From Macrostomum lignano (taxonomy: Eukaryota), in the NCBI GenBank assembly GCA_002269645.1, contig NIVC01000163.1, positions 372,001 through 436,000 on the forward strand: a stretch of DNA of 64,000 nucleotides, given 5' to 3'. The notes under the pieces were generated by a model. That model saw only the letters and a list, made by a program, of their open reading frames with translations, was not told the origin of the DNA and made no database searches. Made by a program: the position numbers and the translations under genes. Shown one piece after another: positions 13,301 to 26,281 of this stretch (position 1 is the stretch's first letter; each line of letters starts with the position of its first letter).

Positions 13301-16300
13301 TTCCCTAAAATTCCAGTCGCTCCAATCGTCCAAGCCTTCACCGCCAGCCGGTTACCTCGGGCTCGACTTAGACGATGGCGGCGGGGGCGGCCTTGGCAGC
13401 TACGGCCTGGGCATCTACGAGGGCCTGTCAGCCTCTCAGGCCGCCGCACCGACGTCCAACCGAGGCGTTCGATTCGTTGAACCTTCGCTGACGACGCAGA
13501 AAGAGGATCCGGTTGCGAGCGGCGGCGGCGGCGGCTTGCTGGCGCTGGGCACCGAGCAGGAGCGCAAGGCTCAGGCCGCGGCCAGGCAGAAAGCCGAGTA
13601 CGCCAAGGAGTTGGAGCGCCAGATGGCCGAGAAGAGGGCCACCGAGATTAAACGGAAACGGGAGCGGGAAGAATTCGAGCGGAAAAAGGAAGCAGAAATT
13701 GCCGCCTACGACCCGTTTGGTGGGTTGCTGTGCCCTCTGCTGTGCCCTCTGCTGCACCCTCTGCTGCACCCCCTGCTGTGCCCTCTGCTGTGCCCTCTGC
13801 TGTGCTCTCTGCTGTGCCCTCTGCTGTGCCCTCTGCTGTGCCCTCTGCTGCACCCTCTGCTGCACTCCCTGCTGTGCCCTCTGCTGCACCTCCTACTGCA
13901 CCTTCTGCTGCAACTTTTCCTGCAGCCTCCTCACCCTCTGCTACACCCTCTCCTGCACCTTTTCCTGCACCCTCCTCACCCTCTGCTACACCCTCTCCTG
14001 CACCTTTTCCTGCACCCTCCTCACCCTCTGCTACACCCTCTCCTGCACCTTTTCCTGCACACTCCTCACCCTCTCCTGCCCTCTCTGCTGCTCTCTACTC
14101 CACTATCTACACACTCTCACCCTCTCCATCACGCAGCACTGCTGCATCTCCCTAAACTCGCCAGCTATAAACGGCTAAAACATTTCCTCAGGCAAAGGCG
14201 GCGGCGGCGCGCCAATCAAGGACGCCCAGGGCAACACGCGAGCCAACCTGAAGCAGGTGATGCGCGAGACAGACGACGACAGACTGTCCAACAGCGGTCA
14301 CCGTGCTGCTGCTACTGGCGACGGCTACGACGATTTTCGAGGCCGAGGCGGCGACTTCTCATCGGGAGTCGCACCGGCAGGTTCAGCCGATCGAGACGAC
14401 TGGATGCAGCAGCTCGACGGATTAAAAGATTTGCAGACTAGATTATCTAAATCGTTTACTGACGATTTTGGAGGATTTTCCAATGCTACTGCTGCTAATG
14501 CTACTAATAGTAGGCAGCAGAAAGATGTTCAGCAACAAGAGAAGCAACAGCAGCAGCAGCCGCAGCACGCCAGAGGTGGTCACGGGATCTTTGGCAGAGG
14601 CCTCTCTGACGAACAGAAGCGTCAACGAGAGCGCTATCAGGAGGAGCTGAGGCAGCAGGTTGGGGCTGGAATGGATTTTCAAGATTCTAGAAAATAAAGA
14701 TTGGATTTTGAGGTTAAGACATTAAAGCATGGAATCAAGGGAGCAACCACGGGAGAATAAGATAAGAGATTAAATACTGTGATGTGATCAAGAGATTATT
14801 ATACTGGAATCATGAGATTAGACACTAAGATCAAGAGATTAGACACGGAGATCAAGAGATTAGACACAGTGATCAAGAGATTAGACACTGATATCAAGAG
14901 ATTAGACACTGATATCAAGAGATTAGACACTGATATCAAGAGATTAGACACTGATATCAAGATATTAGACACTGATATCAAGAGATTAGACACTGATATC
15001 AATAGATTAGACACTGATATCAAAAGATTAGACACTGATATCAAAAGATTAGACACGGAGATCAAGAGATTAGACACTGATATCAAGAGATTAGACACTG
15101 ATATCAATAGATTAGACACTAAGATCAAGAGATTAGACACGGAGATCAATATATTAGACACTGATATCAATAGATTAGACACTGATATCAAAAGATTAGA
15201 CACGGAGATCAAGAGACTAGACACAGTGATCAAGAGATTAGACACTGATATCAAGAGATTAGACACTGATATCAAGAGATTAGACACTGATATCAAGAGA
15301 TTAGACACTGATATCAAGAGATTAGACACTGATATCAAGAGATTAGACACTGATATCAAGAGATTAGACACTGATATCAAGAGATTAGACACGGAGATCA
15401 AGAGGCTAGACACAGTGATCAAGAGATTAGACACTGAGATCAAGAGATTAGACACTGATATCATGAGATTAGACACTGAGATACTAAGATTAGACACAGA
15501 GATCATGAGATTAAGGAAAGAGAGTAGACGGAAGAGACTGATCTAGGAACCGAGCCGCCATCTCAACTGTTATCTCTAAAAATCCCGCACTTCGCCAGGT
15601 GGAGGAGCAGCGCCGAGCCAAGGAGGCGGAGCGCAAGCGGCAGGCAGAGGAGGATCTCAAGGAGCAGCGCCGGGCAGAGGAGCAGCAGCGGCGCATGCAG
15701 GCCGAGGCGGAGGCGGAGCGCCGGCGCCAGGCTGAAAAAGAGGCAGCGGCCAGGCAGAGGAACGAGGAGCTGCGGCTGGCCGCCGAGGAGCAGCGAAAGC
15801 AGGCGGCTGCGGCGGCGGCGGCGGCGAGACGTCGACGGGATGTCGGTTCTCCGCCGGCGCAGCCTCCTGCGGCGCAGCATCATCATCATCAGCAGCAGCA
15901 GCAGCGCTATTCGCCAAGAGCTGCGTCCCCGCCCGTAATTATGGCAGCAACAAAACTTAATTTAGTTCATTTTATTCTCCCCGCGCCCTATCTACTGTGG
16001 GTCTTGTGTGTGATGACTTCAACTAGTCTATCCGTATTGGTGAGATTTTTAATCCTGTCTACTCTTAAATGGGTGAGATTTCTATTTATCTCTAATCTAA
16101 GGGTGAGATTTCTATCTACCTCTAATCTATTAGGGGTGAGATTTTTATCTACCTCTAATCTATAAAGGGTGAGATTTCTATCTACCTCTAATATAAAGGG
16201 GTGAGATATCTATCTATCTCAGATCTAAGGGTTGAGATTTTATCTACGAGCGTATCTCTAATCTAGGGGTAAAATTTCTATCTACCTCTAATCTATAAGG

Positions 16301-16777
16301 GCGGCATTTTTATCTACCTTTAATCTATAAGGGGTGAGATTTGTATCTACCTCTAATCTAAGGGGTCAGATTTCTATCTACCTTTAATCTACAAGGGGTG
16401 AGATTTCTATCTACCTCTAATCTATTAGGGGTGAGATTTTTATCTACCTCTAATCTAAGGCGTCAGATTTCTATCTACCTCTAATCTAAGGAGTGAGATT
16501 TCTGCCTTCCTCTAATATAAGGGGTGAGATTTCTATCTATCTCTAATCTATAAGGGATGAGATTTCTATCTACCTCTAATCTATAAAGGGTGAGATTTCT
16601 ATCTACCTCTAATCTACAAGGGGTGAGATTTCTATCTACCTCAAATCTACAAGGGTGAGATTTTATCTGTCTCTTATCTAAGGGGGTGATATTTTGTTCT
16701 GTTTGACTTTTCCGCAGGTACCAGCAATTCGAACTCAAATGGAGGTGCCGCCGAAACAGCAGAAGCCGCCCACGCCA

Positions 16778-16808
<31 letters not shown>

Positions 16809-18598
16809 ACCAGCAGCAACAGCAGCATCAGCATCAGTCACTTCAGCGCCAATCAACAGCCGCATCGGTCGCCTCAGCACCCGAGCCGGAATCCATTGAG
16901 CAGCTGGCCAGGTTGAGGAATCAGCTGCGCAGCGAGCGTCGACGAATCGAGGAAGCTCTGGACGCTGGCGGAAGCGGCGCCGGAAGCGGAAGCGCCAACG
17001 GAAACGGAGCCGGAACCTACCGGGTTAGGGGCTCTTCCGCAGGAAATCAGGTAGATGGATATGCGTGGGTTCAATAAAGGAATTGCGTTGATTTGTCGGT
17101 TTTCATTGGTCAGCAGGGTGTCAGATGACTCGTTACCGTTTTGGGTCAGGTTGGATCGACCCATTAGGCATGGGTCGTTCTAGGTCAGCACATCAGGTTC
17201 CTGACCCATCTTGATGATTGGGTCAGCAAATCCCATCCCTGACCCATCTTGATGATTGGGTCAGCAAATCCCATCCCTGACCCATCTTGATGATTGAGTC
17301 AGCAAATCCCATCCCTGACCCATCTTGATGATTGGGTCAGCAAATCCCATCCCTGACCCATCTTGATGATTGGATCAGCAAATCCCATCCCTGACCCATC
17401 TTGATGATTGAGTCAGCAAATCCCATCCCTGACCCATCTTGATGATTGAGTCAGCAAATCCCATCCCTGACCCATCTTGATGATTGGATCAGCAAATCCC
17501 ATCCCTGACCCATCTTGATGATTGAGTCAGCAAATCTAGGTCATCATGATTGGGTCAGAAAATCCCATCCCTGACCCATCTTGATGATTGAGTCAGCAAA
17601 TCCCATCCCTGACCCATCTTGATGATTGAGTCAGCAAATCCCATCCCTGACCCATCTTGATGATTGAGTCAGCAAATCCCATCCCTGACCCATCTTGATG
17701 ATTGAGTCAGCAAATCCCATCCCTGACCCATCTTGATGATTGGGTCAGCAAATCCCATCCCTGACCCATCTTGATGATTGAGTCAGCAAATCCCATCCCT
17801 GACCCATCTTGATGATTGGGTCAGCAAATCCCATCCCTGACCCATCTTGATGATTGGGTCAGCAAATCCCATCCCTGACCCATCTTGATGATTGGGTCAG
17901 CAAATCCCATCCCTGACCCATCTTGATGATTGGATCAGCAAATCCCATCCCTGACCCATCTTGATGATTGGGTCAGCAAATCCCATCCCTGATCCCAAAT
18001 CCGATATCGTGACCAATTGGATCTGGATCGGGTCAGATCAAGATGCAGACCCGGCAACCAGCCCCTACCCCGCGAATCCCACCAGGTGGACGTCTTCGAC
18101 ATGGCCCGCGACCGCCGCAAGCCGGTGGCCGCCAAGCGCAACATTGCAGCCTCCTCTGGCGGTGCGGCCGCGGCCGCGGCAGCTGCTGCTGGCAAAACGT
18201 CGAGCAACCGTCGCAACTTTGACGACATTGGCGGTCTGGCGCCGTCAGACCTGGGTCTGGGCAGCATCGGTGGTGGCGGCTACGGCGGCGAAACGTTCGA
18301 GTCGATGCAGCTCGACAGCGAGTCGGCTTTTGTCGACATCGACCAGCCGCTGTCGCCTAGCGGATTCGAGCAGCTTGGAGGCGGCGGCGGAGGCGGCGGC
18401 GGCGGCGGTGCCCTCAGCCCAACTGTCAGTCTGGACGTTGACCGAATCGACCGAGCGAACGAGGCCCGATTAAAGCGACTGCAACGACTGCAAGCCGATG
18501 CGGTGTCCTTAAATGACCCCGAGGAAGTGCTGAGCAGATTTATGTCGCGTCAGACTCGGCCAGTCAGCGGCCAGACCGGGCATGAAGGCGACGATTAA
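10364..18598 (+). CDS. CSPP1: Centrosome and spindle pole-associated protein 1, 8 exons, 1068 aa
   Basis: Exons 10364-10517, 11158-11510, 11856-12503, 13317-13719, 14192-14658, 15599-15934, 16718-17050 and 18086-18598, all GT-AG and phase-consistent (3207 nt). Motifs recalled from CSPP1: N-terminal DIDQFIQEQKQRLAADR, spliced YDPFG|KGGGGAPIKDAQGN, SPP|VPA, VDVFDMAR, LDSESAF and C-terminal VDRIDRANEARLKRL...DPEEVL. Confidence 0.93.
11693..11814. repeat. 16-bp minisatellite (CTGTCTAGTTTATGAA), about 7 copies, CSPP1 intron 2
   Basis: Directly visible. Confidence 0.95.
12532..13280. repeat. 19-bp minisatellite (CTAATCCCATCTCAGTTCT), CSPP1 intron 3
   Basis: Directly visible. Fills most of the 813-bp intron. 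Confidence 0.97.
13726..14110. repeat. 12-bp minisatellite (CTGCTGTGCCCT) grading into a longer C-rich unit, CSPP1 intron 4
   Basis: Directly visible. Begins a few bases after the donor at 13720. Confidence 0.95.
14790..15530. repeat. 21-bp minisatellite (ATCAAGAGATTAGACACTGAT), CSPP1 intron 5
   Basis: Directly visible. Source of the IKRLDTD and ISVSNLL ORFs. Confidence 0.97.
16070..16690. repeat. About 30-32-bp minisatellite (GGGTGAGATTTCTATCTACCTCTAATCTA(T)AA), CSPP1 intron 6
   Basis: Directly visible, moderately degenerate. Confidence 0.93.
17200..17995. repeat. 38-bp minisatellite (CAGCAAATCCCATCCCTGACCCATCTTGATGATTGGGT), CSPP1 intron 7
   Basis: Near-perfect array, period 38 (17224 to 17262). 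Confidence 0.97.
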
Positions 18599-19386
18599 GA
18601 CATTTTCCGCGAGCAAACTACTTATAGTAGACGTGTATTTTTAGATGGACATTTTCTAAAAGTAAAAAAATTTTCTGGTTATTTTTGGTTCGAAAGAAAC
18701 GATTTGTTTAGAAGTTCCTATGCAAGCAAAATCTCGTTTAGAAAACAGTAACAAAAGGAAATGTAAATACAAAAATATTTCGTAGGCTGTGTCCATCTAT
18801 TTTTCTTACGTAATCACATTCCTAAATCACTCTTTAATTGACTTTAAACTACTATGAGTAGACCGACAGCCTTCAAAGTGTTTTTTACAGAACGCTTTAT
18901 TTAAATTATAAGCATTAGCATTTTAATTCGCACTTTGACCTTGCTTGTCCGTTCAAGAGTCCGTCCGTGAATCTTTTATTGCTACAAATTTGTTTAGCCT
19001 GCGTGCCATGCACTGTCTACTCTACTACTTGTCCAGGCGTGAGTAGCCTGTAGCGGTTTTTGTTGTCGTTAATTCATTCTATTATTTTACTTTTAAAAGC
19101 CTGTACTGTAGTCTGTTTACTGATTCTTCTGGAAGAAGAGCCCCGTTATTGGATTGCGTTGTTTCACGTGATCCACAATGCTTTATTTTCGGTGATATTT
19201 AATTGTGCTCTGCAAAAAAGCGAATAAACTAATTTACCATTCTGGCAGTGCGTCTTTACTACAATTGTCAATCTGTTTTCTGCCCGAAAACATTTTTGAG
19301 TTTTGAATAGATTTTATTCCCAATTTTTTGCTATTGTGCTTATTCTTTCGATAATTAACAGTTGAGTAAATTCAATTTCAGCTAAT

Positions 19387-19848
19387 TCAGTTGCTGAGCC
19401 AGCCTCCCAGATCCTCAGTTGCTGGGCCAGCCTCCCAGATCCTCAGTTGCTGAGCCAGCCTCCCAGATCCTCAGTTGCTGGGCCAGCCTCCCAGATCCTC
19501 AGTTGCTGGGCCAGCCTCCCAGATCCTCAGTTGCTGGGCCAGCCTCCCAGATCCTCAGTTGCTGGGCCAGCCTCCCAGATCCTCAGTTGCTAGGCCAGCC
19601 TCCCAGATCCTCAGTTGCTGGGCCAGCCTCCCAGATCCTCAGTTGCTGGGCCAGCCTCCCAGATCCTCAGTTGCTGGGCTAGCCTCTCAGAGTGTCAGTT
19701 GCTGGGCCAGCCTCCCAGAGTGTCAGTTGCTGGGCCAGCCTCCCAGATCCTCAGTTGCTGGGCCAGCCTCCCAGATCCTCAGTTGCTGGGCTAGCCTCTC
19801 AGAGTGTCAGTTGCTGGGCCAGCCTCCCAGATCCCCAGTTGCTGGGCC
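19387..19848. repeat. 28-bp family A, copy 2 (inverted relative to copies 1, 3 and 4), in a candidate CSPP1 3'-UTR intron
   Basis: Reads AGATCCTCAGTTGCTGGGCCAGCCTCCC on +. Bracketed by GTAAAT (19366) and CTGACTATCTGCAG (19870), followed by AATAAA at 19875 and 19894. Confidence 0.95.
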
Positions 19849-19961
19849 ACTTCTACCTGACTATCTGCAGAATTAATAAATTATCTCCTTCCTAATAAAA
19901 ACTGTTTTTATAAATGTATTCTACTAGCTAAGATAAAATGTTTAATGTGAATAACAGTCAC

Positions 19962-22900
19962 TCAGGCAGGACAGGTAAATCTTCGCTTTCTAGCTCTTTT
20001 ATTGTGGCCACCAGTCTGCCGCTGCGCCCTCTCAGGTGCGAGTCCTGCCCGAGCAGCGGTGCTGGACTTCCTTCGACACTGGCGCAGGTCGGTGACGACA
20101 TTCTTGTCTGTCAACGTTGATTCCACCTCGACCTTGTTGGCCTCGAGTGGATCAGGTCTCGGGTTTGCGGTTCTGCAGGCGGCCTGCTGTCGGTAACTTG
20201 GCGAGCACTGCATCGACATCAGCCGCATGCAGTGTGACAGGCTGTCTTTGGAAGAATTTCTCAAAGGAGTAAAACGGTCTTGACTACTTCCGGAAGTTGG
20301 CTGCTGTTTCACTTCACTACCGGAAGTTGGTTTTGTTGAACCCGGCTGTGGAACCCTGCGGAATTAATGAACTATAAGTTAGTGTAGTTTATTCTGTGGT
20401 TAAACTATAGGATAGCCCATTCCAATGAAAACGATTCAAATGGTTCAAATTTAGTCTATGGTCAAAACACCGTCTATTATCTGTGTGGCACTCTTCAGGA
20501 TCTCCAGGAAGGGTGCTGCAGCAGAATCGTGGATTCAGGCGCGTGGATGCTATCACGCGGTTGCTAAGAGTGCAGCCAAATTTGCTCACACACTTGCTCA
20601 CGCTTCCTGCTTGATCGCTGCTTGGCCTGTGAAAATATCTCATCTGATCTGACTGTTGCAGAATCGTTCGCTTTCTGGGTAACAAGATGCACCATTCTGT
20701 CTAATATGGTTCTAAGTTTAAAGTCTGAATTCAACGCTCTCCCCAATACACGGTTTTGGCCATAGACAATGGTCGAATAGTGGGTTGAATATGGTTGACC
20801 GTGTCTTTTGAATTCTCTACTTAAAATTCATTCTCTAACCTTGAAACATTACAACACACAATCATTCGCGTAAGGTGATCTATCGATATGTGAAGCTGGA
20901 TTTTAGTTTTCGTTTTAATAATGAAATTATTGTTAACTTTTTTTAGTCTTGCACTCCTGTGCTTATTAATTATTGGTAAGTTTGCTGTTTAGTCTTTTAG
21001 CTTTTTTGAGAAAATCTGATCAAAGCGTCCCTAGCAACCCATACAAACATTCAAGTTTCTGTAGCTTAAAGTAAACTAGCAAATATTGTAATTCCTCAAG
21101 AGTCCCTAGCAGCCATTGAACACATTCAAAGCGTCCCTAGAAACCAATGCACGCCCTCAAAGCGTTTATAGCAACAATTATATACATTCAAGTGACTAGT
21201 AGCAACCAACGGACACTCCAAAGCGTCCCTAGCAACCATACTCCACCGAAAAGCGTCCCTAGCAACCAATGGATACTCTTAAAGCGTCCCTAGCTAGCAA
21301 CCATACTCCACCGAAAAGCGTCCCTAGCAACCAATAGATACCCTTAAAGCATCCCTAGCAACCAATGGACACCCTTTACGAGTCCTTAGCAACCATTCAC
21401 CACGTTTAAAGCATCCCTAACAGCCAATGGACACCCTACCCTTAAACCGTCCCTAGCAACCAATTTATACACTTAAAGCGTTCCTAACAACCAATGGACA
21501 CCATTTCCTAAGCCTTAGCAACCATTCGCCACCTTTAAAGCATTCCTAACAACCAATGGTATGGACACCCTACCCTAAAAGCGTCCCTAGCAACCAATAA
21601 ACACCCCAATAAGCAACCAATGGAAACCCCAAAGCTTCCTAGAAACAATTAGAAACCCTCAAGTGACTCTAGCAACCAATTTGAACCTTCAAAGAGTCCC
21701 TAGCAACCCATAGATACAGGCTTCAAGCAACCTAGGCAACGTACCCTTAAAAATCCCAAGACATTATTCAACACTTTAAGAAGCGACACTGGCACTCGAC
21801 TGCCACCACTACAACAACAAATTATTTGGACTTCGAGTGGACGCAGGGCCGGCCATCTGCATTCCCGGACACTCTTGCGTCCTGTTGATATATAAAACTG
21901 GACAGGTAAACATTTTAATTGGGCTCTGATTGCTTTAATCACACGTGTCTCTAGCCTGTTAAAAAAACTATTAATTATTCAATGACTGCCCGGCTCTGTT
22001 AAAGCTTATACGTGTAGATTAGTTTATAAAAATTTAAGCCCTTCAAGACTTCCTTAAAAATATTTTTAATGACACCCCCATCAAATGACATGGCGCCCAA
22101 TCAAGTGAAATGGCGCCTCCCCCATCAAATGACATGGCACCCCATCAAGTGAAATGGCGCCCCATATCAAATGAGATGGCGCCCCATATCAAATGAGATG
22201 GCGCCCAAATAAAAAAAAATGGCGCCCCCATCAAATGAAATGGCGCCCCGTATCAAATGAGATGGCGCCCCATATCAAATGAGATGGCGCCCCATATCAA
22301 ATGAGATGGCGCCCCATATCAAAAAAAAATGGCGCCCCCATCAAATGAAATGGCGCCCTATATCAAAATAAAAAATGGCGCCCCATCAAATGAAATGGCA
22401 CCACCCCCATTAAATGAAATGGTGCCCCACATCAGATAAAAATGGCGCCCCCCATCAAATGAAAATGGCGTCCCCCATTAAATGAAAATGGCGCCCCCAT
22501 CAAATAAAAATGGCGCCCCCCATCAAATGAAATGAAAATGGCGCCCCCATCAAATGAAATGAAAATGGCGCCCCCATCAAATGAAAATGGCGCCCCCATC
22601 AAATGAAAATGGCGCCCCCATCAAATGAAAATGGCGCCTCCACAATCTAAGATTGACTTTTAAAAGTATTAAGAACTTATTTGGACAACACAGCTAAAAA
22701 TCGGAGCCAATAAACGCCAACAATTGCATACATATAGGAAGGCGGCATCTGCGGCACCTGCATATACGTGAAAGCCAAGCTAAAAGTTCTGGGCCTGGCT
22801 AACGACACCATCATCAAATGCGAAGAGTGCTCGGAAGATTTGTGCAATATAAAAAAGTTCACAAGCAGAACGGGTGCGTCAAGTGTGCTGACTCTTGCGG

Positions 22901-23097
22901 CCGGACTTGCGGTGCTGATAACAGTGCCTTGGCTCACGTGACCTACACTGGGCTGTTTGATTTTTTTAGTTGACCCCGGAGGTCAATTATTTTCTTTAAA
23001 TATACACGCGTGAACACAACAACATGCGGGACTCTGACGAAAAGTTGCTTCTCAATCGTACAGTTTTATATTAATTTTCAGACAGACAGACAGACAT

Positions 23098-23152
<55 letters not shown>

Positions 23153-23173
23153 TACAGACAGACAGACAGACAG

Positions 23174-23216
<43 letters not shown>

Positions 23217-23311
23217 CTAAGACAGACAGCCAGACAGACAGACAGACAGACAGACAGACAGGCAGACAGACAGACAGACAGGCAGACAGACAGACAGACA
23301 GACAGACACTA

Positions 23312-23348
<37 letters not shown>

Positions 23349-23367
23349 GCCAGACAGACAGACAGCC

Positions 23368-23400
<33 letters not shown>

Positions 23401-23403
23401 GCC

Positions 23404-23448
<45 letters not shown>

Positions 23449-23519
23449 GCCAGACAGACAGACAGACAGACAGACAGACACACAAACAGACAGACAGCCA
23501 GACAGACAGACAGACAGCC

Positions 23520-23552
<33 letters not shown>

Positions 23553-23595
23553 GCCAGACAGACAGACAGCCAGACAGACAGACAGACAGACAGCC

Positions 23596-23636
<41 letters not shown>

Positions 23637-23843
23637 CACAAACAGACGGACAGCCAGACAGACAGACAGACAGACACACAGACAGACAGACAGACACACA
23701 GACAGACAGACAGACACACAGACACACAGACAGCCAGACAGCCAGACAGACAGCCAGACAGCCAGACAGACAGACAGCCAGACAGACAGCCAGACAGACA
23801 GACAGACAGCCAGACAGCCAGACAGACAGACAGACAGCCAGCC

Positions 23844-23876
<33 letters not shown>

Positions 23877-23891
23877 GCCAGCCAGACAGGC

Positions 23892-23944
<53 letters not shown>

Positions 23945-24672
23945 GCTAGACAGACTTACACCTCGGTGGCTCCCAGCGCAGACCGCACAGCCTCTCCGCT
24001 TGCCGCTATGCGGGCGGTCAGGCCAGCGGCATTCCTGGCCGCACCAATCGGCACCCCGAAGGCCGAGTGCCAGCCAAGCAGCTGCTGCACGCAGCGCTGA
24101 CAGCCGGCAGCGGCGGCCAGGTGCAGGCAGGTGTCGCCGGCAGAGTCGGCAGCCAGGAGGTTCAGCCGCATCGGCACCGAGTCAGCTGCCAGCATCAAAG
24201 CCAAATCCTCCGGCCGTCCGAGCGCGCAGGACCAAGCCAGGGGTGTCCGGCCGAACAGGGGATCCGGCCGGCCCAGCGGATCGGCTCCGTGATGGAGCAG
24301 CAGGCGCAGCAGCTTCAGCCGCTTTCGGGTCAGCTGAGCCGCCTCAGATTCGCAGCCACCGTCGGGCAGAGTTGCCGCAATCAGCAGGGGTGTCAAGCCA
24401 TCGACAGGATCAACCAGGCTGTCAGTTGGTCGGCAGCCCATCGCGACAATCGAATGCCGACATGCTCGAAGGTCGCAAGCTCGAATCCCAGCTAGTAGGT
24501 CTCTAGCCAGATGAGAATTCGTAGCAGTGACGATGAAGAAGCGTCGGCCACTGTGGTTGCTAGGCAACGGGGCGAGCCAGGGTAGGCCTCGACCCGAGGA
24601 AACGGGAACTCTACCAGGAGACTCTGAGCCGCTGCGATGGCCAACAAAAGCAGCAGTCGCTGTGGGGTACAT
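19962..24672 (-). CDS. Ankyrin-repeat protein, ANKRD63/ANKRD34-like, 3 exons, about 420 aa
   Basis: Exons 24672-23960 (donor GTAAGT), 20626-20471 and 20355-19962, phase-consistent (1263 nt). Ankyrin motifs GLTPLLIAATLPD, GRTPLAWSC, AADSAGDTCLHLAA and RNAAGLTA resemble ANKRD63. The start ATG and the two distal exons are less certain than the ankyrin exon. Confidence 0.72.
20921..22941 (+). CDS. Ly6/uPAR-like (three-finger) GPI-anchored protein, 3 exons, 127 aa, nested antisense in intron 1 of the ankyrin gene
   Basis: Exons 20921-20975, 21781-21905 and 22738-22941 give MKLLLTFFSLALLCLLIIEATLA/LDCHHYNNKLFGLRVDAGPAICIPGHSCVLLIYKTGQEGGICGTCIYVKAKLKVLGLANDTIIKCEECSEDLCNIKKFTSRTGASSVLTLAAGLAVLITVPWLT*. 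Signal peptide on its own phase-1 exon, 8 Cys in the mature domain ending in the DLCN hallmark, and a hydrophobic GPI-type tail. Confidence 0.85.
21020..21705. repeat. Degenerate 30-45-bp minisatellite (AAGCGTCCCTAGCAACCAATGGACAC), Ly6-gene intron 1
   Basis: Directly visible. Confidence 0.88.
22075..22640. repeat. About 21-23-bp minisatellite (CCCATCAAATGAAAATGGCGC), Ly6-gene intron 2
   Basis: Directly visible. Confidence 0.93.
23079..23954. repeat. (GACA)n microsatellite abutting the donor of ankyrin-gene intron 1
   Basis: Directly visible. Confidence 0.98.
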
Positions 24673-25007
24673 TGTTGCTGGGATGCAATTATGCACAGCA
24701 TGTACCACCGCGAGAGGGGGCTGATGACGGACTGGTACTTATCTGTTTAAATACTTGCCTAGCAGTGCTTAAATGTGTTTGGCTTGAGCAAATAGGCACA
24801 GGCAATGCGAGAGCGATAGGGCCATGCCAGCGTTCTGGACACGCCTTGCCGTTTTTAGGCTATCGCGATGCTTTGTGAGCATTTGTTTTCCACCTAGCTG
24901 AGGTAGAGGTCTTGCGACTCATTTGTCCTGCCGACTTGCTGAGATTAGAACTTGCCGGCGCTGCCGCGATAAAAGTAATCACCTTGAAATGTCTGCTTGT
25001 AAAACCT

Positions 25008-26281
25008 GGAATCTGGGAGGCTGGCCCAGCAACTGAGGATCTGGAGGCTGGCCCAGCAACTGAGGATCTGGAGGCTGGCCCAGCAACTGAGGATCTGGGA
25101 GGCTGGCCCAGCAACTGAGGATCTGGGAGGCTGGCCCAGCAACTGAGGATCTGGAGGCTGGCCCAGCAACTGAGGATCTGGGAGGCTGGCCCAGCAACTG
25201 ACACTCTGGGAGGCTGGCCCAGCAACTGACACTCTGGGAGGCTGGCCCAGCAACTGAGGATCTGGGAGGCTGGCCCAGCAACTGAGGATCTGGGAGGCTG
25301 GCCCAGCAACTGAGGATCTGGGAGGCTGGCCCAGCAACTGAGGATCTGGGAGACTGGCCCTGCAACTGAGGATCTGGGAGACTGGCCCTGCAGCTGAGGA
25401 TCTGGGATCGGGCTGGCCCTGCAGCTGAGGATCTGGGAGGCTGGCCCAGCAACTGAGGATCTGGGAGGCTGGCCCAGCAACTGAGGATCTGGGAGGCTGG
25501 CCCAGCAACTGAGGATCTGGGAGACTGGCCCTGCAACTGAGGATCTGGGAGACTGGCCCTGCAGCTGAGGATCTGGGATCGGGCTGGCCCTGCAGCTGAG
25601 GATCTGGGAGACTGGCCCTGCAGCTGAGGATCTGGGAAGATGGCCCAGCAACTGAGGATCTGAGAGGCTGGCCCAGCAACTGAGGATCTGGGAGGCTGGC
25701 CCAGCAACTGACACTCTGGGAGGCTGGCCCAGCAACTGAGGATCTGGGAGGCTGGCCCAGCAACTGACACTCTGGGAGGCTGGCCCAGCAACTGAGGATC
25801 TGGGAGGCTGGCCCAGCAACTGAGGATCTGGGAGGCTGGCCCAGCAACTGAGGATCTGGGAGACTGGCCCTGCAGCTGAGGATCTGGGATCGGGCTGGCC
25901 CTGCAGCTGAGGATCTGGGAGACTGGCCCTGCAGCTGAGGATCTGGGAAGATGGCCCAGCAACTGAGGATCTGGGAGGCTGGCCCAGCAACTGAGGATCT
26001 GAGAGGCTGGCCCAGCAACTGAGGATCTGGGAGGCTGGCCCAGCAACTGAGGATCTGGGAGGCTGGCCCAGCAACTGAGGATCTGGAGGCTGGCCCAGCA
26101 ACTGAGGATCTGGGAGGCTGGCCCAGCAACTGAGGATCTGGGAGGCTGGCCCAGCAACTGAGGATCTGGAGGCTGGCCCAGCAACTGAGGATCTGGGAGG
26201 CTGGCCCAGCAACTGACACTCTGGGAGGCTGGCCCAGCAACTGAGGATCGGGGAGGCTGGCCCAGCAACTGAGGATCTGGG
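25008..26281. repeat. 28-bp family A, copy 3 (about 45 units, several variant units)
   Basis: Directly visible. On the - strand it ends exactly in an acceptor-like CCCAGATTCCAG (25006). Confidence 0.97.

Noticed and set aside
24945-25005. Short frame FYKQTFQGDYFYRGSAGKF* after the array acceptor, as a possible TTC13 terminal exon
   Set aside because: TTC13 already ends at 27520, at the position where the family C-terminus lies, so this segment is more likely UTR.
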